A DNA stretch of 64,000 bases from an uncultured Actinomycetes bacterium (GTDB lineage: Bacteria; Actinomycetota; Thermoleophilia; RBG-16-64-13): contig CAVZIK010000006.1 of assembly GCA_963775295.1 (NCBI GenBank), forward strand, positions 1,813,038 to 1,877,037, read 5' to 3'. The notes under the pieces are model-generated. The model searched no databases and had not been told where the DNA came from. It saw only the letters and a program-made list of their open reading frames with translations. Within the stretch, counting starts at the first letter, position 1; the number at the start of each line of letters is the position of its first letter. Both the position numbers and the translations under genes were made by a program. Positions 56,040-64,000 of this stretch are shown here, piece after piece.

Positions 56040-57460
56040 GTGCACACCTGACCCTGAGGCACGCGGGCAAGATCGCCGAATGCCTCTTTCTCGATGTCTT
56101 CCATAAAAATGGCGCGTCCTACTTCGCCGCGCAGGCGGCGGACTTCTCGGATACCCATTGCCCCCAACACCTCGATGAGTTGCCCATGCCACGCACCCAT
56201 GAGGTTGACCATGCGCTGGGAGGCATAATCGGTGTCGACCGAGGCGATATGGGCCGGACAGGCCCTGGCAGCGTCGCACTCACCGCCGCCACCGCACACG
56301 CGGCAGCCCAGGGCGACTAGGAGCGGTGTGCCCACGGCTATGAGGTCGGCACCGCAGATGATCGACTTGGCCATGTGCTCCGCCAGAGCGATCCCGCCGG
56401 CGATAATGAGGGTCACCTCGTCTCGCAGACCTTCCTTGACCAGTCGCCCGTGAGTCTCCCGGAGAGCGTCCTTGATGTGCCGCCCGGGCTTCCCGTTGGC
56501 CAAGCGCTCGCGGCCGTGCGTGTCGGCACACAGGTGGAACACCTTTACACCCGCCTGCGACAACTCGACGATGCGATCGGCGGTCTTGGGGGTGAGTGCC
56601 AGGCGCACGGAGATCACTAACTGGGGGTTGATGCTTCGAATCCGGGCGATGAGTGGAGCCGCGTCCGGGCCGTCCATTACCTGCACCATGCGTATCGCCT
56701 CGAGGAGGCGCGGGTGCCGCTCGATGTCGCCCACGCCCATGACGGGCACGACGTGGGACAGTTGCTCCGAGGGCAGATCTTCGGTGTCGTCGGCCGGCAT
56801 CACGGCCACGGAGTCGAGGGCCACGGCCGCTTCGGCCCGTGCGGCGGCCAGATGCTCGCTCTTGACGGGCCAAGCCGGCATGTCCAGGATGACGGGAAGT
56901 TGGATCTCCAAGAGACCGGCAGCCGGAGTAATCAGGGCGCCGTCGGGCGAGAAGCTCAAGCGCATGGGCTTGGGGCCTATGTCCACCGAGGTGGATATGT
57001 ACTCGCGCCCGTGGATGCCGTCGCGGGTGGGGCGGACGATCTCGGACATGTCCGTCCAGATGGAATCGAAGCCCGGACCGCTGAAGCGACCCCGATAACC
57101 GGCACCCGAGACGGGAATTCGGCCGTTGTCGGCCTGGTTCCAGGTGGTGAGAAGAATGTCGCCCTTCCAGTAATCGTCGCCCATGTCCGAATAGGTGGGG
57201 TTGACCGAGACGCTCAACAGGCCCTTGGTGCAGCCCTGGACGCACGATAGACACGCCTTGCATTGGTCGAGCGTTTCGGTGGAGGTATGCGGATCGCGGT
57301 TGAACGCTGCCTCGTGCGTGTACACGTCGTAGAGGCAACGCAGCTTGACGCAGTTGGTGCAGCGAGAACAGTCCTCACGCCAGTCGACGTTACCGAACTT
57401 GCCCACGCGATGGAATCGGGGAGCCACCGGAGCGGTGTGGATGTGGTAGCGGTCGGGCAT
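56036..57460 (-). CDS. Degenerate paralog of the glutamate synthase FMN subunit with N-terminal 2x[4Fe-4S]-type domain
   Basis: CSRCTNCV..C / CKACLSCVQGC; GFDSIWTDMSEIVRP; AGGI..KSIICGAD..GCRVC; MGIREVRRLRGEVG; lacks GMSFGS, TGEGG and QGAKPG. Confidence 0.82.
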   Translation of the reverse strand: MPDRYHIHTAPVAPRFHRVGKFGNVDWREDCSRCTNCVKLRCLYDVYTHEAAFNRDPHTSTETLDQCKACLSCVQGCTKGLLSVSVNPTYSDMGDDYWKGDILLTTWNQADNGRIPVSGAGYRGRFSGPGFDSIWTDMSEIVRPTRDGIHGREYISTSVDIGPKPMRLSFSPDGALITPAAGLLEIQLPVILDMPAWPVKSEHLAAARAEAAVALDSVAVMPADDTEDLPSEQLSHVVPVMGVGDIERHPRLLEAIRMVQVMDGPDAAPLIARIRSINPQLVISVRLALTPKTADRIVELSQAGVKVFHLCADTHGRERLANGKPGRHIKDALRETHGRLVKEGLRDEVTLIIAGGIALAEHMAKSIICGADLIAVGTPLLVALGCRVCGGGGECDAARACPAHIASVDTDYASQRMVNLMGAWHGQLIEVLGAMGIREVRRLRGEVGRAIFMEDIEKEAFGDLARVPQGQVCT

Positions 57461-57471
57461 GCCGATCCGCC

Positions 57472-58344
57472 TTACGCCAGTTGGGCGGCGGAAATGACCT
57501 CGCCGGCCAGCGCTTCGAACCCACCGCAGAGGATGTGAATGCCACGTACGCCCGGAATCGCCTTGATCTGCGCAGCTAGAGCGGCCGCCATGGCGAGACC
57601 CTCCTTGGCCGCGTCGGAGGCCTCGCTCAATTTGGTGACCACCGACTCATCCAGCGGGCCGTAGGTCTGCTGCTTGTGCAGGGACCGGGCTTGCTCTGCG
57701 CTCTGAAGGGGAAGCACGCTCGCGATAATGGAGGTTCGTCCGTCCAAACCGGCCGCCCGAACTGCATCCATCCACCCGGCAAAACCGGCCACGTCGAAAA
57801 CAGGCTGGGTGAGGAGGAAGTCCGCACCGGAGGCGATCTTCTTCCTGAGACGGAGCAGGTTCAACTCCAGCGGCTGCAGGTAAGGATGGGCTATCGCTCC
57901 GACGACCATGTCGGGAAGCTCCAGGCTCTTCACGGCCTGAGTGAGTTGCAGGGAGTCGAGATCGTTCGCCGAGGCCGCCTGCGGGCAGGCGCCGAGAGAT
58001 TGATGGTTGCCGCTCAGGCAGAGAATGGCGCTGACCCCGAGGGCAGACGCTCCCAGGGCATCACTTTCGAGGGCGATGCGGTTGCGGTCCCGGGTGGTCA
58101 TGGTGACCACAGAGTCGCGGCCTTCGCGGGCCAGGAGAGCCGCACACGCCAATGCCGAACCATGGATTTCGTCAGGGTTGTCCGCCACCACCACCGCATC
58201 GAGGCCGGAAGCCAGTACGTTGGAAAGCTTCTTGACCGCTTCCACGCCGCCCGTGCGCGGCGGCAGGCATTCGGCCGTAAGCACCAGCCGGCCCGAACTC
58301 AGTGCCTGAGCGAACCTACTCTTCGTTGTCGTCATCGCTTGCAT
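57472..58344 (-). CDS. metF: Methylenetetrahydrofolate reductase-family flavoprotein (divergent MetF)
   Basis: TAECLPP, DNP, TTRDRNRIALESDALGA..LG..ILCLSG, KKIASGADFLLTQPVFD, GIHI; start may be 58335. Confidence 0.85.
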   Translation of the reverse strand: MQAMTTTKSRFAQALSSGRLVLTAECLPPRTGGVEAVKKLSNVLASGLDAVVVADNPDEIHGSALACAALLAREGRDSVVTMTTRDRNRIALESDALGASALGVSAILCLSGNHQSLGACPQAASANDLDSLQLTQAVKSLELPDMVVGAIAHPYLQPLELNLLRLRKKIASGADFLLTQPVFDVAGFAGWMDAVRAAGLDGRTSIIASVLPLQSAEQARSLHKQQTYGPLDESVVTKLSEASDAAKEGLAMAAALAAQIKAIPGVRGIHILCGGFEALAGEVISAAQLA

Positions 58345-58924
58345 CCAATTCTTGGTAAGCCTCTTCGGCCTCTTCGGCTGTCGGCCCGGTGTACAGGGGA
58401 TTTGGGGCCAGGCGGTCCAAGGCCCGTAGTACTTCCTCGCGGATGGCAGCTATTCGGGGGTCTTCTATTTCGACCGCACAAACCGACTGGTGGTTTCCGG
58501 CATCCAGCGCCATGTCTTCGGCCGCGGTGCCGGGGAGATGGAACAGCATGAGGCGCTCGGCACCCAGTCCGACCTCATCGAGAATGTCCCGGAGAAAGTC
58601 CACCCGGCGGGCACAGCGTTTGCTACCCTCGAGCGTGTGACAATTGTCTTCCGCGCAGGCCACGGCGCAGACCAAATCGGCGCCCAACTCGAACGCCTTG
58701 AGGATGTGTTCCGGCTGAAGGCGGCCTGTACAGGGCACAAGCACTTCCTGGACCGAGAAGGGCCAGCCGAAGTCGGGCGCGGTGGGACGAGAACGCCCTG
58801 CGCTGTCGGGGGCGCTGCCGGGGCGGGCGCAATTGGCACAAATGAAGGCTGTGACGGCCGTGGTGGCGTCATCAGCACGGGTGGGCAGCTGGAGATCGCT
58901 GTAAGTCGGCAAAAGAGCTATCAA
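58316..58924 (-). CDS. mvhD: Second MvhD/FlpD-like [2Fe-2S] protein
   Basis: FICANC, VPCTGRL.PEHILKAFELGAD, ACAEDNCH..EGS..C.RR, GLGAERL.LF; start uncertain (TTG 58924). Confidence 0.8.
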   Translation of the reverse strand: MIALLPTYSDLQLPTRADDATTAVTAFICANCARPGSAPDSAGRSRPTAPDFGWPFSVQEVLVPCTGRLQPEHILKAFELGADLVCAVACAEDNCHTLEGSKRCARRVDFLRDILDEVGLGAERLMLFHLPGTAAEDMALDAGNHQSVCAVEIEDPRIAAIREEVLRALDRLAPNPLYTGPTAEEAEEAYQELDASDDDNEE

Positions 58925-59155
58925 AGCCCATGCCCTCCTCTAAGGCCTTTTTAGGGTCCATGAGAATACCAGTATCCGTATCAGGATGGCTTGTCCGGAT
59001 GGCCAAGACTTTGGAGCTGGGGCTTGTACGTTTGGACAGCGCCCCAGATCCAGAGCGATTATTCGCTGACAGCTTTGGCCAGAACAGGTAACCTTCAAAT
59101 CCGAGCGTATCATGGGACAGAGCCCGGGCCGGCACCGACACTGGGGGATGAAGAG

Positions 59156-60016
59156 ATGACTCGTTCTATCGACCCGATCGTCTCGACCGACTGGCTGCAG
59201 AGCCAACTGCCCAGCGGCGAGTTGGCGATTATCGACATCAGGTGGCCTGAGGAATACCAGGCGGGTCATATCCCGGGCGCGATCTCGGTGCCTTTCGGCC
59301 TCAATTCAGTCTGGGCCGAGTCGGACGACGAACTCATTCTCGAACTCCCCGCCGATGAAGACCTGTTCAAGGTGATCGGGGACTGCGGGCTCACGAAGGA
59401 TTCGAGGGTGGTCGTCGTGGGCAGGGTGGAGGAACCGCCCGCTCCGCCATATCCGCTCGCCGACGCTGTCAGAGTCGCAGTGACCCTCATCTACGCTGGA
59501 GTCGTGAACGTGGCGGTTCTGGCCGGCGGGCACGCGAAGTGGGACGCGGAGGGGGGAGAGACCACCACCGCACTCCCCGTCATCGCGCCCCTTACATACA
59601 GCGGAGTGCCGGATAAGCGATCGTGGGTTTCGACCGAGTACGTGAAGGCCCACATCGGCACGTCGGTCATCATCGATGCGCGCGACCCCGACCAGTACTT
59701 CGGAACCTCCATCGACCCGTTCACCGACATGCGTGGTCACGTTCCCACCGCCCGCAGCCTTCCTTTGATCTGGGTGTGGGAGGCAGACGGCACCTACAGG
59801 CCCATCGAACTGATCGAAGGGATGGCGGCAGGTGTCATTGGCAACGACAAGGGGCAGGAAGTGATCGCGTACTGCGGGGTCGGCGGTTACGCCAGCACCT
59901 GGTGGTTCCTTCTCACGCAACTTCTCGGATTCACGAATGTCAAGATCTACGACGGTTCTATGGAGGCTTGGGCAGACGGGCAGAATCCCCTGGTGCGCTA
60001 CAGTTGGAATCTCTAG
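59156..60016 (+). CDS. Tandem-domain rhodanese/sulfurtransferase
   Basis: IVSTDWL, GHIPGA, LAGGHAKW.AEG, IIDARDP.QY.G, GHVPTARS, active-site YCGVG, YDGSMEAW. Confidence 0.9.
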   Translation: MTRSIDPIVSTDWLQSQLPSGELAIIDIRWPEEYQAGHIPGAISVPFGLNSVWAESDDELILELPADEDLFKVIGDCGLTKDSRVVVVGRVEEPPAPPYPLADAVRVAVTLIYAGVVNVAVLAGGHAKWDAEGGETTTALPVIAPLTYSGVPDKRSWVSTEYVKAHIGTSVIIDARDPDQYFGTSIDPFTDMRGHVPTARSLPLIWVWEADGTYRPIELIEGMAAGVIGNDKGQEVIAYCGVGGYASTWWFLLTQLLGFTNVKIYDGSMEAWADGQNPLVRYSWNL

Positions 60017-60063
60017 CCTCAACCGTTCGACCGTTTGATGTCGAAGGAGAACAGAGAGGTTCA

Positions 60064-60642
60064 ATGAAAGTTCTGGGCATAAACGGCAGCCCTCACAGGA
60101 ACGGCAACACGGCGGTCATGCTCGGCTGGGCTCTGGACGAGCTTCAGGCCAACGGCGTCGAGACCGAACTGTTCGAGTTGGCGGGCAAGCCTATCGCCGG
60201 ATGCATCGATTGTCGTCGCTGCTTCAGCAACAAGGACAGGAGGTGCGCGGTGACTTCGGACGCGTTCAACGAGATTTTGGAGAAGATCCTGGCGGCCGAC
60301 GGCGTTCTCATTGCTGCGCCTACGTATGTGGCAAACATCCCGGCCAACGTCAAGGCGGTCATCGAAAGAGCGGCCTACGTCAACAAAGCCAACGACTGGA
60401 TGCTCAAACGGAAGATCGGGGCCTCGGTGATAGCGGCCCGGCGGGGCGGCGCCATAGATGCGTTCAACGCCATCAACCATTTGTTTCTCCACGCCCAGAT
60501 GATCATTGCTGGGTCTTCCTACTGGAACATGGGTTACGGCTGGCGCGACCAAGACGTTCTCGAGGACGCCGAGGCCCACGCGACTATGCGCACCCTGGGA
60601 CAGAACGTGGCCTGGTTGCTGGAGAAGACCGTCGAAGGGTGA
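60064..60642 (+). CDS. Flavodoxin-fold iron-sulfur flavoprotein / NADPH-dependent FMN reductase
   Basis: KVLGINGSPHRNGNT, GCIDCRRC..N...C, APTY, RRGG, SSYWN. Confidence 0.9.
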   Translation: MKVLGINGSPHRNGNTAVMLGWALDELQANGVETELFELAGKPIAGCIDCRRCFSNKDRRCAVTSDAFNEILEKILAADGVLIAAPTYVANIPANVKAVIERAAYVNKANDWMLKRKIGASVIAARRGGAIDAFNAINHLFLHAQMIIAGSSYWNMGYGWRDQDVLEDAEAHATMRTLGQNVAWLLEKTVEG

Positions 60643-60673
60643 GTCGCCGCGGCGCGGCCCCTGGCCACAGTCG

Positions 60674-61225
60674 CTAGCGAGGGACTCCGGCCGGTAAGCG
60701 GGCATCGGCGGCGTCAAGGACGAGATTCAGCAATGCGGTCGAATGGCCGTCGTCCATGAAGGCGGGCAGTCCCATGAGGCAGCTCATGTTTTCGCCCCAC
60801 AGCACCGTCTGCCATTGCCAGACCAACCTGTCCGAGTCCACCAGCGGCCGGATGGCACCGTCGGCCTTTCCCTGTTCAACCAGACCCTTTAGCATGGAAA
60901 AAGCTCTAACCTGAACCATCGCCACTTCGGGGCCCAGGCCCTCGTGCATTCCCGCCGCGACAAACTCCATCCAAGCACGAACAAAACTGCGGCCGCTCTT
61001 CATGAGTTCCGCGTGGCGCCGTACCTCTTCTCTGATGCGATCGATGGGGTGGGGCTCGGTGACATTGAGAAAGAGGGCCTCCATTTGGGCAAATATCTCG
61101 TCCAGTGCGGCGGCGAACATCTCCCGCCGGCTTGCGAAGTACTTGTAGAGCGTTCCCTGCGAGACGCTGGCGGCTCTGGCCAAGCGCGCCGTCGATGCGC
61201 CGGAAACCCCGTGCTCGCCGACGAC
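60674..61225 (-). pseudogene. 5'-truncated TetR family regulator
   Basis: GEHGVSGASTARLARAASVSQGTLYKYFASRREM HTH without first helix or start; C-terminus resembles TetR at 3521..4129. Confidence 0.65.
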
Positions 61226-61390
61226 TACGAAGCCTACACCGGCGATCAGTGGACCGCCGCCATGGCCGGCTATTCCAAGTTTGAGTGGGCGATTGACGTG
61301 TTCAAACGTGCCGCTGACCCCGAGGATAAGGAGAAGGTCGTCGACGCCATCCTGGCGACCAACATGACCACCATGCAGGGCCCGATCAAC
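61214..61390 (+). pseudogene. Internal fragment resembling the C-terminal part of an ABC (branched-chain amino acid type) substrate-binding protein
   Basis: LADDYEAYTGDQWTAAMAGYSKFEWAIDVFKRAADPEDKEKVVDAILATNMTTMQGPIN; no start and no own stop. Confidence 0.5.
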
Positions 61391-61391
61391 A

Positions 61392-61781
61392 GCCCTGAAG
61401 ATCATGGTGGCCCAGAAGAGTGGGAAGATCATCAACATCTCGTCCATATGGGGCTTTGTAGGTTCCTCGTTGCTCCAATCTTGTCCCGCGTACAACGCGG
61501 CCAAGGGCGCCCTTGTGAACCTCACTCGAGAAATGGCCCTCTGCTACGCCCCCTATGGCATCAACGTAAATGCCATCTGCCCGGGCTTCACCAAGACGAA
61601 GATAGGCAATAGCTGTTCGGACGATCCGGAGTGGCGTAAACAGGCCGAACCTCTGGTGCCACTGGGCCGGATAGGGATGCCGGACGAGTTGAAGGGGCTG
61701 GCCCTTCTCCTGGCCTCTGACGCAGGCAGCTACATCTGCGGCGATTGCATCGCGGTGGATGGGGGTTATCTGGCGGGCTAG
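61392..61781 (+). pseudogene. C-terminal half of a short-chain dehydrogenase/reductase
   Basis: ALKIMVAQKSGKIINISS, YNAAKG (YxxxK), INVNAICPG, PLGRIG.PDEL, DGGY; TGxxxGxG Rossmann N-terminus absent. Confidence 0.8.
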
Positions 61782-61954
61782 CAGCACACCCTGACCGAAT
61801 GGCCAGTGAAAGTACCGGCCTTTGGCTCAGCATGGATTCCCAACCGCTGTCCGGGGCGCGGATGCGCTCGACACCATACTCTGTTGCTAGGTGAACGGTG
61901 GGCGACCTGATCGCCTCGGCCGCGGGAGAGCCAGCAACAGGAATGGGGTGCGTC

Positions 61955-64000
61955 ATGATGAAGTTCGGTCTTGGATCAATCGCTCGGGCCTGCGCCCGTC
62001 ACCCATGGAGAACCCTGGGGGCTTGGGCCGTCATACTGATCTGTGCAGGTGCCGTCACCGTCTTGTACCTGGGCGGAGCTCTCAGCAACGAGCAGCGTTT
62101 CACCAACGACCCCGAATCATCGCGGGCCACCGCTCTCATCAGCGCCGCCTTCCCCGGCAACGACCAGTCAAGGGAAATAGTCATCGTTCGTTCGCCCGGA
62201 CTCACCGTCGACGACCCGCAGTTTCGCGAGCAGGTAAAGAGGGTCACGACTCAGGTCATGGCGCTCGGCCCTGGGGTTGTGAAGGCCGGCGTCGACTACA
62301 CGGCCAATCTCTCACCGGTTCTTATCTCCACCGACCGGCACGCCGCCCTCGCGTTCTTCGACATGGCGAGTGCGCCCGACAACGCCACCGCCGACGCCAC
62401 TGCGCTCGAGGCCGCGGCTCGCAGCGCCGCCGGATCCTCGGGTTTCGAAGTCCTAGTCACGGGTGAGGCGAGTATCAACGGCGACTTTGGCACCACGGCG
62501 GAGAGCGATCTGCGCACGGGTGAGATCTTCGGCGTGGGAATCGCCTTGGTAATCCTGGTCCTAGTGTTTGGGGCCTTGGTGACGGCAGTGGTCCCTCTGA
62601 TACTGGCGCTGGCATCCATCCTCCTGGCCATGGGAATCACCGCCGGGGTAGGGCATTTCATGGACCTATCCTTCTTCATTACGAACATGATCACAATGAT
62701 CGGGCTGGCGATGGGTATCGACTACTCGCTCTTCGTGGTCTCCCGTTACCGGGAAGAGAGGGCCGCCGGGCACGACAAGGTCGAGGCCGTGGGACGCGCC
62801 GGCTCGACGGCCAGCCGTTCGGTGCTCTTTAGCGCCATGGCAGTCATCCTCGCCCTCGGCGGGCTCTTTCTGGTGCCGTCCACCCTGTTTCATAGCATGG
62901 CCATGGGCGCCATCATCGCAGTCTTTACCGCGCTGCTCGCCGCACTTACCCTGCTGCCCGCTTTGCTAGGTGCCCTGGGTGACCGAGTGAACGCGCTACG
63001 CGTACCCTTCCTGCGCAAGGCCACCGGTGGGGCCGGGCGGCCGGGGGGGTTCTGGGACCGGCTGAGTAACGGTGTCATGCGCCGCCCGGTCATCAGCCTG
63101 GCAGCAGCCGCGGCCGTGCTCGGGGTCATCGCCGGACTCTACTTCTCCATCGATCTGGGCTCCGCCGGGGTCGACACGTTGCCGGCCTCTATGGCTTCCC
63201 GTCAAGGGTTCGAGGTGCTGCAGAGCGACTTTCCGGGGGCTTCTCTTGAGCCGGTCGAGGTCACCGTAATCGGCGACGCCACGTCTCCGGCCGTAGCGAG
63301 GGGCATCGGGAACCTGCGGGCCATCCTCTCCACGGATGCCGCCTTCGCCGGGGCCGGAACCACTCGGACGAGCGCGGACGGGGGCCTCACCGTCCTATCC
63401 TTAGTGGTCGCCGGTCAGCCGAACGGCGAGGGGGCGCAGGCGTCCGTGAGGAGCCTGCGCGCCGACTATCTGCCCCGGGCCTTCTCCGGGACGGGGCTGA
63501 TCGCTGGAAGTGACGTTCTCACCACGGGTCAGACATCCTTTGTCATCGACTACCTCGACACGATCAACGGAGCCACACCCTGGGTCTTCCTCTTCGTCCT
63601 CGGCCTGTCCTTCGTGCTTCTGATGGTGGTCTTCCGCTCGCTGATAGTCCCGCTCAAGGCCATTATCATGAACTTGCTTTCCGTCGGCGCGGCCTACGGT
63701 CTCATGGTCGCCGTGTTCCAGAAGGGCTGGGGAGCGGATCTCCTCGGGTTACAGAAGGTGGACTTCGTCGAAGCCTGGGTGCCTCTCTTCCTGTTCGCGG
63801 TGCTCTTCGGCACCTCCATGGACTATCACGTGTTCCTTCTCAGTCGGATTCGCGAGCGTTTCGACCGGACCGGCGACAACCGGGAGTCGGTAGCATTCGG
63901 TCTGCGCCGGACCGGTGGGATCATCACCGGAGCGGCCCTGATCATGGTCGCGGTCTTTGGCGGCTTCGCGGCGGGCGATTTGGTCATGTTCCAGCAATTG
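61955..64000 (+). CDS. MMPL (RND) family transporter, 3'-truncated by window edge
   Basis: Frame open to the end: ARACARHPWR, MIGLAMGIDYSLFVVSRYREE, LTLLPALL, VLFGTSMDYHVFLLSRIRE, TGGIITGAALIMVAVF; absent from ORF track because it has no stop. Confidence 0.92.
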   Translation, partial: MMKFGLGSIARACARHPWRTLGAWAVILICAGAVTVLYLGGALSNEQRFTNDPESSRATALISAAFPGNDQSREIVIVRSPGLTVDDPQFREQVKRVTTQVMALGPGVVKAGVDYTANLSPVLISTDRHAALAFFDMASAPDNATADATALEAAARSAAGSSGFEVLVTGEASINGDFGTTAESDLRTGEIFGVGIALVILVLVFGALVTAVVPLILALASILLAMGITAGVGHFMDLSFFITNMITMIGLAMGIDYSLFVVSRYREERAAGHDKVEAVGRAGSTASRSVLFSAMAVILALGGLFLVPSTLFHSMAMGAIIAVFTALLAALTLLPALLGALGDRVNALRVPFLRKATGGAGRPGGFWDRLSNGVMRRPVISLAAAAAVLGVIAGLYFSIDLGSAGVDTLPASMASRQGFEVLQSDFPGASLEPVEVTVIGDATSPAVARGIGNLRAILSTDAAFAGAGTTRTSADGGLTVLSLVVAGQPNGEGAQASVRSLRADYLPRAFSGTGLIAGSDVLTTGQTSFVIDYLDTINGATPWVFLFVLGLSFVLLMVVFRSLIVPLKAIIMNLLSVGAAYGLMVAVFQKGWGADLLGLQKVDFVEAWVPLFLFAVLFGTSMDYHVFLLSRIRERFDRTGDNRESVAFGLRRTGGIITGAALIMVAVFGGFAAGDLVMFQQL

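Noticed and set aside
60674-61525. 283-aa TetR ORF as listed in the ORF track
   Set aside because: Its first ~100 aa are the antisense of the SDR and binding-protein fragments; only the part from about 61225 is TetR-like
1-64000. Selenocysteine recoding in TrsS-like, HdrA or MvhD genes
   Set aside because: All are uninterrupted ORFs with no in-frame TGA at motif cysteines
1-64000. CRISPR arrays, tRNA/rRNA genes, transposases or integrases
   Set aside because: No regularly spaced repeats, cloverleaf/T-loop context or DDE/tyrosine recombinase motifs seen by eye; a tRNAscan/cmscan run would be needed to exclude them formally

Overview
GC-rich bacterial chromosomal window, probably from an anaerobe. 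The SLH proteins, MMPL, DHA2 MFS and TetR genes resemble anaerobic Actinomycetota such as Thermoleophilia-like lineages; this placement is inference only. About 50 CDS; no rRNA, tRNA, CRISPR array or transposase seen. Highlights: (1) a tightly overlapped ~14.3 kb minus-strand operon, mvhD-metF-(degenerate gltB FMN subunit)-(catalytic gltB FMN subunit)-(gltB GATase+GXGXG)-hdrC-hdrB-hdrA/L-mvhD-metV. It is a MetFV-HdrABC-MvhD module with a split glutamate-synthase-like enzyme inserted, and the missing GltD-like module lies inside HdrA. (2) A cobalamin riboswitch with terminator controlling a ThiXYZ/NMT1-type ABC importer. (3) The end of a DVU_1557/TrsS-type cluster whose radical SAM enzyme has the tetraether-synthase (Tes/GDGT-MAS) architecture. 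(4) An SLH-anchored protein with two Cu/Zn-SOD-like, EF-hand-bearing repeats and a beta-propeller. (5) An orphan single-chain large PurL. (6) A radical SAM-GMC oxidoreductase operon. (7) Several gene remnants, including a three-gene mosaic at 60.7-61.8 kb. The rest is mostly efflux, transport, regulators and hydrolases. All family calls come from motif recognition by eye, not database searches.
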